In this document: piece by piece, positions 17,292 to 26,740 of the stretch
How the letters are laid out: the number at the start of each line of letters is the position of its first letter
How positions within the stretch are numbered: the first letter of the stretch is position 1
Assembly (NCBI GenBank): GCA_021797575.1
Contig: JAJZZN010000014.1
Location: 1-35,434, forward strand
Reading direction: 5' to 3'
Length of the DNA: 35,434 nt
From: Candidatus Micrarchaeota archaeon
Lineage (GTDB): Archaea > Micrarchaeota > Micrarchaeia > Micrarchaeales > Micrarchaeaceae
Made by a program: the position numbers and the translations under genes
The notes under the pieces: model-generated
What the model saw: only the letters and a program-made list of their open reading frames with translations
Told to the model about the DNA's origin: nothing
The model's database searches: none

Positions 17292-18176
17292 ATGCATGTG
17301 TTAAACCAGCTACCGCCCTACAATCTGTTCGGCATTGAGGACCAATCGTACGAGAAGGCAAGGATAGCTGTGCTCCCTGTACCATACGACTCCACATCTA
17401 CCTACAAGGCGGGCTCGAGAGACGGGCCAGCCGCGATAATAGATGCCAGCAGGAACCTTGAGCTTTACGATTACGAGACCAATGGGGATATAAGCCGCCT
17501 GGGCATATATACGCTCGAGCCCATGGCTCCTGACCTGAGCTCGCCCGAGAAGATGGTAAGTAACATAGAGAAAGAGGTTACGCCTATACTGCAGGACGGA
17601 AAGATACCTCTGCTGCTAGGCGGCGAGCACACCATAGCGATTGGTAGCGTGCGTGCACTTTCCAAATTGTCCAAGAGGCCTTTCAGCGTGCTGCATTTCG
17701 ATGCACATTCGGATTCGAGAGACGAGATCTACGGGGCCAAATACTGCCACGCCTGCGTGCTGGCGAGGATAGCCGAGCTCGGTATCAATACTTACAGTGT
17801 GGGCATAAGGAGCATAGATAAAGAGAGCTCCGGGAAGTATGCAAAATCTATTCTGTTCAGGGACGAAATGCACGGCATGTCTGCGGAAGAGATAGTCAAA
17901 AGGATAAACAGCAACACCAATGAAGACATATACCTGACTTTCGATTTCGATGTTCTCGACCCTTCAATAATGCCTAGTACAGGTACTCCTGAGCCCGACG
18001 GCCTTGCGTATTATGAGATGATGCAGATACTGAAGGGAGTCCTGCCAAGGAAGAATGTAATAGGCATGGATTTCACAGAGCTCTCTCCAATTCCTGGAAT
18101 GGTGGCTCCAGACTTTCTGGCTGCAAAGCTGATATACCAGGCTATAGGATTTGCTTATTCAAGGCTTAATAAGTGA
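17292..18176 (+). CDS. speB: agmatinase (arginase/ureohydrolase family)
   Basis: Conserved Mn-binding blocks ...LLLGGEHTIAIG..., ...VLHFDAHSD..., ...LTFDFDVLDPS..., ...SGTPEPDGL... 294 aa. Confidence 0.85.
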   Translation: MHVLNQLPPYNLFGIEDQSYEKARIAVLPVPYDSTSTYKAGSRDGPAAIIDASRNLELYDYETNGDISRLGIYTLEPMAPDLSSPEKMVSNIEKEVTPILQDGKIPLLLGGEHTIAIGSVRALSKLSKRPFSVLHFDAHSDSRDEIYGAKYCHACVLARIAELGINTYSVGIRSIDKESSGKYAKSILFRDEMHGMSAEEIVKRINSNTNEDIYLTFDFDVLDPSIMPSTGTPEPDGLAYYEMMQILKGVLPRKNVIGMDFTELSPIPGMVAPDFLAAKLIYQAIGFAYSRLNK

Positions 18177-18233
18177 ATGCACTACTTTGCATAGCCAGAC
18201 ATGATAAGGTATAAATAACTGCTTCGCAGAATT

Positions 18234-18575
18234 ATGAGTGCTAACAATAATAACGGTGAAACCATGGCAGAAGAAACACATAACGAGAAGAGCAGGGCAA
18301 ACGGTACAGAAAATATAGTATACATAGGCAAGAAGCCAACCATGAACTACGTGCTCGCGGTTGTGACACAGTTCAACAACGGCATGCCCGAAGTGACTAT
18401 AAAGGCGAGAGGCAATGCCATATCTAGGGCCGTTGATGTCAAGGAGATCGTGGTCAACAGGTTCATGCCGAACTTGAAGGAAAAGGCCATGAAGACATCT
18501 TCCGAGGAGCTGACCAACGAGGATGGCACCAAGTCAAAGGTAAGCGCAATAATGATAACGCTTGCAAAGGACTGA
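18234..18575 (+). CDS. albA: DNA/RNA-binding protein Alba
   Basis: ...[51 protein letters not shown]... is the canonical Alba core. Unusual N-terminal ([19 protein letters not shown]...) and C-terminal extensions. The true start may be the internal ATG at 18264. Confidence 0.85.
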   Translation: MSANNNNGETMAEETHNEKSRANGTENIVYIGKKPTMNYVLAVVTQFNNGMPEVTIKARGNAISRAVDVKEIVVNRFMPNLKEKAMKTSSEELTNEDGTKSKVSAIMITLAKD

Positions 18576-18586
18576 TGCTTGCAGCA

Positions 18587-18612
18587 TTTTCTATTTCTTC
18601 TTTTTCTTTTTA
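18587..18612 (+). terminator. T-rich archaeal-type terminator downstream of the Alba gene
   Basis: TTTTCTATTTCTTCTTTTTCTTTTTA immediately after the Alba stop (18573-18575). Archaeal transcripts commonly terminate at oligo-T tracts. Confidence 0.45.
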
Positions 18613-18641
18613 TATAGGAGCCTGAGACCTAGCCAAAGCAC

Positions 18642-18716
18642 TGGTGGGCCCGAGGAGAATCGAACTCCTGATCTTCTCCGTGTGAGGGAGACGTCTTACC
18701 ATTCGACTACGAGCCC
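18642..18716 (-). tRNA. tRNA-Val (anticodon CAC), intronless, CCA encoded
   Basis: Minus-strand sequence: GGGCTCG-TA-GTCG-AATGGTA-AGAC-G-TCTCC-CTCACAC-GGAGA-AGATC-AGGAG-TTCGATT-CTCCT-CGGGCCC-A-CCA (75 nt). All stems pair, with one G:U in the acceptor and one 13:22 mismatch. T33, the anticodon CAC at 34-36, and A37 are in place. Confidence 0.9.
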
Positions 18717-18776
18717 CTTATGTGCGTTTGAAAATTGGCACTTATCCATTATTCTTAAATATTAATATACTTAACT

Positions 18777-19328
18777 ATGAGTATGTCAAAGTTTTACACC
18801 GGCCTCGGCGACAGCGGCGATACGTTCATAGGGAAGGTCAAGCTCAGCAAGAACAGCGAGCTCATGTACGCAATAGGCGATGTAGACGAGCTCAATTCGA
18901 GCATTGGCCTCGCGCTCATGCACATAAAGGACAAGGAGGTCAGGGAGACTCTCGATGCTATACAGAACCACCTATTCATAATCGGTGCTCAGATGATATC
19001 CTATATTAATGGTACTTTCAAGCCCAGGCGCAACATAACCAAGGACGACGTGAAATTCCTGGAGGATAAAATAGGAGCCTTCAGCAAAAGGGTGCCGGAG
19101 CTGAAGGGCTTCGTGCTACCCAGAGGCGTAGAGGGCGCCGAGTTTCTCCACAATTCAAGAGCCATAACGCGCAGGGCGGAGAGATCCGTAGTGCAGGCGA
19201 AGAGCAAGGGCTTCAACATAGATAGTGAAATAATGAGGTACCTCAACAGGCTTTCATCGCTGCTTTTCGTACTGGCTCTATACATAAACAACAGGGCGGG
19301 CTTCGAGGAGAGAAACCCGTCATACTAA
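18777..19328 (+). CDS. ATP:cob(I)alamin adenosyltransferase, PduO-type
   Basis: N-terminal ...KFYTGLGDSGDTF...S...YAIGDVDELNSSIGLA... matches the PduO/MMAB family signature (TGDxGxT...GxxDELNSxIG). 183 aa, the typical size. Confidence 0.85.
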   Translation: MSMSKFYTGLGDSGDTFIGKVKLSKNSELMYAIGDVDELNSSIGLALMHIKDKEVRETLDAIQNHLFIIGAQMISYINGTFKPRRNITKDDVKFLEDKIGAFSKRVPELKGFVLPRGVEGAEFLHNSRAITRRAERSVVQAKSKGFNIDSEIMRYLNRLSSLLFVLALYINNRAGFEERNPSY

Positions 19329-19453
19329 CATACTGTGCTATGCCCCTGCTGCATCAGGCATTCAGTGCTATAGGAATGCATATATTATTTGTCTGAGCAA
19401 ACATATTGTTGTACTATAACTTACTCACCTCTCGCTGCTCGCTGGTGTGAATC

Positions 19454-21211
19454 ATGATAAGGCAACCAATCATATGCGTAATGGGCCACGTAGACCATGG
19501 CAAGACTACTTTGCTAGACAAGATAAGGAACAGCACTATAGCCGCAAAAGAAGCGGGAGGCATAACGCAGCACATAGGCGCGAGCGAAGTGCCCATAAGC
19601 ATTGTAGAAAAAATATGCGGCCCTATGCTCAAGGCTTCAGGCTCAAAGATAACCATACCCGGCCTTTTGTTCATAGACACTCCTGGTCATGAAGCATTCA
19701 CGAACCTGAGGAAGAGAGGAGGGAGCGTCTCAGACCTCGCCATACTCGTTGTGGACATAACCAAGGGGTTCGAGCCGCAGACCATAGAAGCGATAAACAT
19801 ACTGCGAGAATACAAGACACCATTCATAGTCGCTGCCAACAAGGTGGACCTTATAACCGGCTGGAACAGCGCCAAGACGAGCAGCATAATGGAGTCTCTG
19901 AAGCAGCAGAACAGTTACGTTACTGCAGAGCTTGACAAGAGGATGTACGAGCTTATGGGCAAGCTAGGCGAGCTGGGCTTCAGCAGCGAGAGGTTCGACC
20001 GCATAACCGACTTCAAGACAGAGCTCGCCATAGTGCCGCTGAGCGCCAAGACGGGTGAGGGCATAGCAGAGCTGCTCATGCTCGTTACTGGCCTTTCACA
20101 GAAGTTCCTCGAGATGAAACTTTCAATAGAGGTTAATGGCCCTGGTAAGGGCAGCATACTTGAGAGGAAGGAGATAACGGGCCTTGGCATGACAGTAGAC
20201 GTAATACTCTATGACGGCACTCTGCATGTCAACGATACCATAGCGTTCGCAACTCCGGATTCTGTCGCTACAGCTAAGATAAAAGCGCTTCTCAAGCCCA
20301 AGCCACTGCATGAGATGCGCGAATCTGCGAGCAAGTTCAGGCAGGTCGACAGCGTATATGCTGCCAGCGGCGTCAAGATAAGCGGCAACGGCCTCGACGA
20401 AGCGCTTCCAGGCTCCCCTATAATACAGGTAGTTGACAACAACTACGCAGAGCAGATAAAGGCTGAGATAGGCGATGTCTTTGCGGCTGACGACAAGGGT
20501 GTCGTGCTCAAGGCGGACTCCATAGGTAGCATAGAGGCCCTTACCAGGTTGCTCAAGGCAGAAGGTTTTTCGATAAGCAAGAAGGGCCTCGGAGATGTGA
20601 CGAAGAGGGACATACTCGATGCATTCTCTATGCATGCGACCGATCCGAAGGGCGCTGCTGTAATAGCCTTCAATGTCAATGTCGACAGCGAGGCCTCAGA
20701 TACGGCCAGGTACAGCGGCATAAAGATAATAGAGGGCAGCATAATCTACAAGATAATAGACGACTACAAGGCATATGTAGAGGAGATCGAGAAGCTATCA
20801 AAGGAGCAGATGGAGAAGGACGTGATATTTCCGGCAGAGATCCACATACTTAGAGATAGCTGCTTCAGGGTATCGCATCCTGCGATATTCGGTATGACAG
20901 TCATATCTGGAAGGGTCAAGCCAGGCGACGTGATAATGAACGAAGATGGCGAGGTCATAGGCAGGGTGAAAGGCATACAGAATGACAAGACACCTGTAGA
21001 TTCGGCGAAGAAGGGCGATACGATGGCAATGTCAATGGACGAGCCCACTTTCGGCAGGCAGATAAAGGACGACGACGTGCTCTATACTAGGGTCAGGGAC
21101 AGCGACGAAAAGCTGCTCCTCTACAAGGCCCCTGATCTCCTCGACGACGATGAGAAGGCGCTGCTCAACAAGATAATCGGTATAAAGAAGCTTGCGAAGG
21201 GAGAGCAATAA
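19454..21211 (+). CDS. infB: translation initiation factor aIF5B (IF2/eIF5B family GTPase)
   Basis: G1 motif GHVDHGKTTLLD, DTPGHEAF (G3), NKVD (G4). Followed by domains II-IV, with a C-terminal beta-barrel. 585 aa, typical for archaeal aIF5B. Confidence 0.9.
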   Translation: MIRQPIICVMGHVDHGKTTLLDKIRNSTIAAKEAGGITQHIGASEVPISIVEKICGPMLKASGSKITIPGLLFIDTPGHEAFTNLRKRGGSVSDLAILVVDITKGFEPQTIEAINILREYKTPFIVAANKVDLITGWNSAKTSSIMESLKQQNSYVTAELDKRMYELMGKLGELGFSSERFDRITDFKTELAIVPLSAKTGEGIAELLMLVTGLSQKFLEMKLSIEVNGPGKGSILERKEITGLGMTVDVILYDGTLHVNDTIAFATPDSVATAKIKALLKPKPLHEMRESASKFRQVDSVYAASGVKISGNGLDEALPGSPIIQVVDNNYAEQIKAEIGDVFAADDKGVVLKADSIGSIEALTRLLKAEGFSISKKGLGDVTKRDILDAFSMHATDPKGAAVIAFNVNVDSEASDTARYSGIKIIEGSIIYKIIDDYKAYVEEIEKLSKEQMEKDVIFPAEIHILRDSCFRVSHPAIFGMTVISGRVKPGDVIMNEDGEVIGRVKGIQNDKTPVDSAKKGDTMAMSMDEPTFGRQIKDDDVLYTRVRDSDEKLLLYKAPDLLDDDEKALLNKIIGIKKLAKGEQ

Positions 21212-21280
21212 TTTTACTTCAATACAGTTTATATTGTGTGCTATTTTTAATGCTATGCCGCATATTATGTAATAATTTTA

Positions 21281-22534
21281 ATGGCTAATTATTCATATAT
21301 GAATAATAGCTACATTAGGCAAAGTGAGACAATGGCTAACATAAAACTGAACTACTCTGGCAAGTACACTATTAATGACCAGCCGGTGGAATACGTGGAG
21401 AGGAAAGGAAAGGGGCATCCGGACACACTGATAGACGGCATGGTGGAAAACGCTAGCATCAAACTAGGCCGGGAATACAACGAAACCTTCGGCGCTGTAC
21501 TCCACCACAACCTTGACAAGGGGCTAATAGTTGGCGGAGAGGCGAAAGTGCGTTTCGGCAGTGGCGAGATAACGAAGCCCATAGAGGTGATAATAGCAGG
21601 CAGGGCAGCTAAAGAGCATAACGGGTCAAGGATTGATGTGGATAGGGTTGTTATGGATTCTGCGAAGGAGTACCTGAGAGAGAATACGCGGTTCCTCGAT
21701 CTTGATAATGAAGTGCGGTTCGTCTCAAAGGTGAATACAGGCTCTAGCGACCTTCACGGGGTTTTCAACAGGGGGGATTCAATGCCCCTTGCCAACGACA
21801 CATCATTCGGGATAGGCTTCGCGCCGCTTAGCGACACGGAACACCTCGCTCTGGAGGCGGAGAGATACCTGAACAGTAAGGAGTACAAGGCTGCGATGCC
21901 CATGGTAGGCGAGGACATTAAGGTCATGGGAGTTAGAGAGGGAGACAGCATAACACTCACCATTGCAATAGCCTTCGTCTCAAAGTTCATCAACAGCACC
22001 GACGAATACATGAAATACAAGGAAAGAGTAAGGAATGACGTGCTCGCGTTCTCCAAGAGGATAACAGATAAGGGAGTTAGCGTAGTGATAAACAACGGCG
22101 ATTCGGGCGCCGACGGCAGCGTTTACATAACGAAGTCTGGTCTCAGCTGTGAGGCAGGCGATGACGGCTCGGTAGGCAGGGGCAACAGGGTCAATGGTAT
22201 AATAACGCCCTTCAGGCACATGAGCCTCGAGGCGGCATACGGCAAGAACCCAATAAACCATGTGGGCAAGATATACAGCGTTGTCGCTGACCGGATTGCA
22301 GCCGATATAATAAAGGAGCAGCCAGACATAGGGGAATGCACGGTATACATGGTATCGCAGATAGGCAGAAGGATAGACGACCCAAAGAACGTCCAGATAG
22401 AAATATCGGCGAGCGACAAGGCCGAGTACGAGCGCCTGTCGGGCAAGGCAAAACTCATCGCAGAGGGCGCATTGGAAGGCATGAAGGATTTTGCCTATGA
22501 CTTCGTCAACGGAAAGTACCACATAGTGGGCTGA
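21281..22534 (+). CDS. S-adenosylmethionine synthetase, archaeal type (MAT)
   Basis: ...VERKGKGHPDTLIDGMVE..., ...PLANDTSFGIGFAPLSDTE..., ...GDDGSVGRGNRVNGIITPFRHMSLEAAYGKNPINHVGKIY... align to the archaeal MAT family, which is distinct from bacterial MetK. The start may instead be the internal ATG at 21332. Confidence 0.9.
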   Translation: MANYSYMNNSYIRQSETMANIKLNYSGKYTINDQPVEYVERKGKGHPDTLIDGMVENASIKLGREYNETFGAVLHHNLDKGLIVGGEAKVRFGSGEITKPIEVIIAGRAAKEHNGSRIDVDRVVMDSAKEYLRENTRFLDLDNEVRFVSKVNTGSSDLHGVFNRGDSMPLANDTSFGIGFAPLSDTEHLALEAERYLNSKEYKAAMPMVGEDIKVMGVREGDSITLTIAIAFVSKFINSTDEYMKYKERVRNDVLAFSKRITDKGVSVVINNGDSGADGSVYITKSGLSCEAGDDGSVGRGNRVNGIITPFRHMSLEAAYGKNPINHVGKIYSVVADRIAADIIKEQPDIGECTVYMVSQIGRRIDDPKNVQIEISASDKAEYERLSGKAKLIAEGALEGMKDFAYDFVNGKYHIVG

Positions 22535-22554
22535 GACTGCAATGAAGCACAGTA

Positions 22555-23148
22555 TCAGGCATCGAATCTAGCGCCTAGCGGCTTGTACTCGTTGCGGAGT
22601 ATGCCGAACATGACGTCGTCTGCGAATTCCCCATTCAACCCGCTCCCAATTCTAGAGTTTTTGCGCTTAACGCCCTCCTTCGTAAACCCTATACCTTGTA
22701 GTATGCGTATCGACCGCTCATTGAAACCGAATGCACCTGCGTAAACCCTGTTAAGTCCGAGCCTCTCGAAAGCGATCTCGAGCAGCAGGTTCGCCGCCTG
22801 CTTCCCGTATCCGTTGCCCCAATAATTCTTGCCTACCCAGTATCCTATCTCCGCCTTCATGTTTATAGTATCAATATTGGTTATGCCGCATACGCCCACA
22901 AGCGACGAATCGTCAACCTTCTTTATTGCGAAATGGAACTCCCTGCCTGCAGCAGACGCGCTAATAGCGTTCTGCACGAACGATACAGCATTCTCGAGCG
23001 TGTATGGATGCGGGAAGCTGCCCATGAAGGCGATGCTGCTGGCTATGTCCTTGTCATTTGCCTGTATAGCTATGCTTTCCGCATCCTGCATGGATATAGA
23101 TTCGAGATATATGCGGAAGCCCCCGTACGAAACTTTCAACAGTACCAC
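22555..23148 (-). CDS. GNAT-family N-acetyltransferase (RimJ/RimL-like)
   Basis: ...NGYGKQAANLLLEIAFERLGLNRVYAGAFGFNERSIRILQGIGFTKEG... is the acetyl-CoA-binding core plus C-terminal RimL-like block. GTG start directly abuts the stop of the upstream gene. Confidence 0.8.
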   Translation of the reverse strand: MVLLKVSYGGFRIYLESISMQDAESIAIQANDKDIASSIAFMGSFPHPYTLENAVSFVQNAISASAAGREFHFAIKKVDDSSLVGVCGITNIDTINMKAEIGYWVGKNYWGNGYGKQAANLLLEIAFERLGLNRVYAGAFGFNERSIRILQGIGFTKEGVKRKNSRIGSGLNGEFADDVMFGILRNEYKPLGARFDA

Positions 23149-23727
23149 TCAGAACTGCCGCTTGTGGAAATACGGCTTAACAAAAAGGTAAAACCGCTGC
23201 TCGCCCTGCAGCTCCTCTATTATCCTCTCCTCTATGAGCTTCACCGGGTCCTGGAGCAAAGGTATGCGGTTTGTTATGTCATCGAAGCTTTCGAAGGGCT
23301 TAGCCGATCGCTCCTTCAATATCGCATTGAGATGCTTTTTTCCCACTCCGGGAAGCAGCTCGAGCGAATGCTGCCTTATGTTCACGGCTCCGGCAGTATT
23401 GAACACGTTGACAAACCTCTTCTCGTCCTCCTTTATCATCCTGGTTATTATGGCTGGCATGTTGCCCTTGGCAGTCTGCGTAAGCTCGTTGTAAGTTATC
23501 CTTGACTTTATGAGCGAAATCTTGTCCCTCTCCCCCTGCCCTATATAGACCTTCTCGCCTATTGTCAATGCCGCGTCGGGCTTCGTTGTGGCTTCAAGAA
23601 GAGTGAACCAGCTGGCGCCTATCAGCTGCGCGAGCGGCTCCGTCCTTGTAGAAGAAGACTTGCCGGTGAACATGAAGTCGAGTACGTATGAATACTCCTC
23701 CTTCCTATCTTCACTATACTCTTGCAT
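23149..23727 (-). CDS. DUF655/COG1491-type predicted nucleic-acid-binding protein (OB fold + helix-hairpin-helix)
   Basis: 192 aa. ...LELLPGVGKKHLNAILKERSAKPFESFDDI... is an HhH motif. The N-terminal half is OB-like. It sits directly downstream of the Rpo4/F gene, an arrangement I recall as conserved in archaea. Confidence 0.7.
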   Translation of the reverse strand: MQEYSEDRKEEYSYVLDFMFTGKSSSTRTEPLAQLIGASWFTLLEATTKPDAALTIGEKVYIGQGERDKISLIKSRITYNELTQTAKGNMPAIITRMIKEDEKRFVNVFNTAGAVNIRQHSLELLPGVGKKHLNAILKERSAKPFESFDDITNRIPLLQDPVKLIEERIIEELQGEQRFYLFVKPYFHKRQF

Positions 23728-23760
23728 GCTTTCACCCCCGTATTCGTGCGCATCTGAACA

Positions 23761-24096
23761 CTAGTTTTTGCCTTTTTTGAACACTGACAGTATCTTTGCA
23801 ATATCCTCCTGCTCGAATACTTTTTTCTCCATCGATATGACCTGCCTGACGAGCATTTCGTTGCCAGGCTGCACGTCTATAAGCTTCGTTATGGTATCTG
23901 GCTTCAGCAGGCCCAGCTCCTCGAGGGCCTTCCTCTGCTTCTCGGATGCCGCTTCGTCTATCTTGAACTTGCTTGCATGCTCTATCGCGAGCTGCTGCTC
24001 GTATGTGGCTTCGCGCGATTTCCTCCTGCCTTCCAGTATTCCCCAGACATTGGTAAGCGTCACGCTGCTCTTGTCCTTTCCTTCCTTTCCTATCAT
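23761..24096 (-). CDS. rpoF: DNA-directed RNA polymerase subunit Rpo4/F
   Basis: ~111 aa. ...ATYEQQLAIEHASKFKIDEAASEKQRKALEELGLLKPDTITKLIDVQPGNEMLVRQVI... resembles the Rpo4 HRDC-like fold as I recall it from the M. jannaschii protein. I place the start at the ATG at 24094-24096; the longer ORF begins with GTG at 24105. Confidence 0.7.
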   Translation of the reverse strand: MIGKEGKDKSSVTLTNVWGILEGRRKSREATYEQQLAIEHASKFKIDEAASEKQRKALEELGLLKPDTITKLIDVQPGNEMLVRQVISMEKKVFEQEDIAKILSVFKKGKN

Positions 24097-24196
24097 CCTA
24101 ATCACGACAATAATATGTCTTTTAACATCTAGTTATTTATTACTTTTATGCTATTAGGTATTTGCCGGCAAGAGTATAAAAGGGTTATGGTGCTTG

Positions 24197-25111
24197 ATGA
24201 TGGTAGATGCGAAAGAAGCATACGATAAGGTAATGGCAGAGGTCAAAAAGCACATCGCGGGCAACGAAGAGATACTAAAGCAGATATTCATAGCGCTTGT
24301 TGCCAATGGCCACGTGCTCCTCGAGGGAGTGCCTGGTGTTGCAAAGACCACCATGTCCAAGACCATGGCGGAAGCGATAAGTGCGAGTTTTGACAGAATA
24401 CAGGGCATGCCCGATCTCGAGATACGCGATATAATAGGCTATACATACATGGATGACAACAACAACGTTCAGCTCAAAAAAGGGCCTATATTCACAAATA
24501 TACTGCTAGTAGACGAACTCAACAGGGCTCCGCCTAAGACTACCACGGCGTTGCTGGAAGCGCTCGAAGAGAAGCAGGTAACGATAAGCGACCAGACGCT
24601 CCCTCTTTACAAGCCCTTCATTGCGCTTGCCACGCAGAACCCGCTCAATGTAGAAGGCACCACACCGCTGCCGAAGGTGCTCGCTGACAGGTTCCTGATG
24701 AGGATTGCAGTAACATATCCAGAAGAGGATGCGGAAAAGGAGATACTCCGGATAAAGGAAAAGAATGAAAAGGTAGCGGTGCAGAAAGTTCTTACTATAC
24801 AGGACATGATGGACATGCAGGAGCAGGCGAAGGCGATAGCCATGAGCGACGATGTTGTTGAATACATAACAAACATAGTCAGGGCTACGCGAGCTGACAT
24901 ACACGTGGTCATGGGCGCAAGCCCCAGGGCGGACGTGAGCTTTATGAGCTGCGCCAAAGCCAAGGCCCTCATAGAGGGCAGGAAAGAAGTCACCATCGAT
25001 GATATAAAATATCTCGCAAGGCCGGTACTGAGCCACAGGATAGTGGTGCGTTCTACTGGAGGCGTAGGCGTGAACGGAATCATAGACGGGCTCGTTGCCA
25101 CGCTGCACTGA
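24197..25111 (+). CDS. MoxR-family AAA+ ATPase
   Basis: Walker A LLEGVPGVAKTTMSK. Walker B/sensor ...LLVDELNRAPPKTTTALLEALEEKQVTI.... C-terminal helical lid. Size ~305 aa, typical for MoxR. The ATG at 24197 follows a TTG at 24194. Confidence 0.9.
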   Translation: MMVDAKEAYDKVMAEVKKHIAGNEEILKQIFIALVANGHVLLEGVPGVAKTTMSKTMAEAISASFDRIQGMPDLEIRDIIGYTYMDDNNNVQLKKGPIFTNILLVDELNRAPPKTTTALLEALEEKQVTISDQTLPLYKPFIALATQNPLNVEGTTPLPKVLADRFLMRIAVTYPEEDAEKEILRIKEKNEKVAVQKVLTIQDMMDMQEQAKAIAMSDDVVEYITNIVRATRADIHVVMGASPRADVSFMSCAKAKALIEGRKEVTIDDIKYLARPVLSHRIVVRSTGGVGVNGIIDGLVATLH

Positions 25112-25115
25112 TGTG

Positions 25116-25631
25116 ATGCCGATGGAATTGAAGTGTTTGAACAGGTTTGAAAGCCATAAGGGTTACAATAGATTCAGGTCGCAATCCGCGATGGAGTACC
25201 TCATGACATACGGCTGGGCAATACTCATACTTGGCATAGTAGTTGCAGCAATATGGGCATTGGGGCTTTTCAGTCCAAGCACTTTTGTGAGTTCCCAATG
25301 CATAATGCCTGCCGAGTTCAGCTGCCTGAGCGCTGTGCTGTCTCAGGGAGGCAGCCTGTTCATAAACATAGAGCAGTCGACAGCTTCGCCCATACTGATA
25401 ACGGGCGTAGGCTGCAATACGAACGCAACATATCAGGACATGTCGCTTGAGAATGTTAACCTTCCAATAGCGAGCAATACAACATTCACGATACAGTGCT
25501 ATTCGGGCACAGCACCGTTCTCGGGAAACATAGGCAGCCTCTATCACGGCTATTTGATGATAAACTATACCGACATACAGACGGGCTTCCCGAAGCTGGC
25601 TACCGGTACTCTGATACTCAAGGTAACGTGA
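25116..25631 (+). CDS. class III signal peptide (archaeal type IV pilin-like) protein
   Basis: Basic leader MPMELKCLNRFESHKGYNRFRS followed by QSAMEYLMTYGWAILILGIVVAAIWALGLF. That is Q at +1, E at +5 and a hydrophobic helix, matching the prepilin peptidase (FlaK/PibD) substrate pattern. The rest is Cys-containing and S/T/N-rich beta-type sequence. It starts 4 bp after the MoxR stop. Confidence 0.7.
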   Translation: MPMELKCLNRFESHKGYNRFRSQSAMEYLMTYGWAILILGIVVAAIWALGLFSPSTFVSSQCIMPAEFSCLSAVLSQGGSLFINIEQSTASPILITGVGCNTNATYQDMSLENVNLPIASNTTFTIQCYSGTAPFSGNIGSLYHGYLMINYTDIQTGFPKLATGTLILKVT

Positions 25632-25636
25632 AAGCT

Positions 25637-26590
25637 TCAGCGCCTCAGGCTGGGATGTATGCAATTGCTGTGGTCCGTTTCAGATGCACAATAAGAATAT
25701 AGGTGCGGTTCGCCGGAATCCTTCTCAATGACCAGCGACTTTGTAGAATCTGGCGATGCTGCCATAAGTGCGCTTCCTTCTGCAAATCTGCTGCTGGATG
25801 CGAACGAGCCGATAATGCGCTCCTGCACATTCCCCCATCTGTTCCAGCAGTTGTCAAGCAGCCCATCGGAATCTGCTGCCTGGAATCCCTGAACCCTGAA
25901 CTGGTAAACGTTTGAACTGTACAAGAATGACCTGCTTCCATATTTCAACTTATCCACTAATGCGGCGAAATCATCCTGCAAGAGCTCGAAACGCGTACCA
26001 TTCTTAATCTTCATACTCTTGTAATTACTCCTCTCCATGTTTGCATTGTACCTATCTATGAAATCTATATGATTAATAAGGTTTAAAGACGATGGCAAAG
26101 CATCATACCTGACTAGCTCCAGCGCGTTGTAGACCAACTGCTCCTGCTTCAGGTCGCAAAGCTTTATCGTGTCAATATCGTTCTTGCCCTGCAGTAACGC
26201 TACCTGCGTCAGCACCTGCGTCAGGCCTCCCGAAACGCCTGCATAATGCTCTATCCCTTCCATCATCTGCATGTCCCTCACAGTGAATATGGAGTAGGTT
26301 TCGTTGGAATTAACATACACCTTGTGCTCCTGGAGGTAATTGAAATTCTTCAATTCGAGCGTAAACTCTATCATCCTGCCAGAATACGATATTGACAGAT
26401 CTGTACCTGCACGGTGCTTTATCCTGCTGAATCCGCCTACGAGATCCTTATACTCTGTCAGCAATGCATTGCCCAGCCTGCTTTCGCTGACGCTCTTGAT
26501 GGAATGCTCAATCCTGTGTTCAACGAGCTCATCATTGCTGTGCACTACAGCTTTTCTATAAATTCCCATATGCACATGTACCACCTGCAT
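25637..26590 (-). CDS. hypothetical protein (~318 aa), no recognisable family
   Basis: Long ORF convergent with the pilin-like gene; the ORF begins with TTG at 26620. Start set at the ATG at 26588-26590; another ATG lies at 26567-26569. Gly-rich ...HYAGVSGGLTQVL... segment. No motif I can assign. Confidence 0.5.
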   Translation of the reverse strand: MQVVHVHMGIYRKAVVHSNDELVEHRIEHSIKSVSESRLGNALLTEYKDLVGGFSRIKHRAGTDLSISYSGRMIEFTLELKNFNYLQEHKVYVNSNETYSIFTVRDMQMMEGIEHYAGVSGGLTQVLTQVALLQGKNDIDTIKLCDLKQEQLVYNALELVRYDALPSSLNLINHIDFIDRYNANMERSNYKSMKIKNGTRFELLQDDFAALVDKLKYGSRSFLYSSNVYQFRVQGFQAADSDGLLDNCWNRWGNVQERIIGSFASSSRFAEGSALMAASPDSTKSLVIEKDSGEPHLYSYCASETDHSNCIHPSLRR

Positions 26591-26740
26591 AACTAGGGGT
26601 CTAGGTATAGCTGGCGCCAAGATATAAATACATTACGACGGCGACGCAACCTTTATAAGCAAAGGCAGGGGCATGGCAACGTTTTTATACTGTTGTTCTG
26701 TAAAATAGACTAAGGCCTCTGGCCTGTAGGAATTCGTGAT

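Noticed and set aside
20123-20635. 170-aa minus-strand ORF within aIF5B
   Set aside because: Antisense to an unmistakable GTPase gene; shadow ORF.
22933-23505. 190-aa plus-strand ORF overlapping the GNAT and DUF655 genes
   Set aside because: It is antisense to two motif-bearing minus-strand genes and has no recognisable features.
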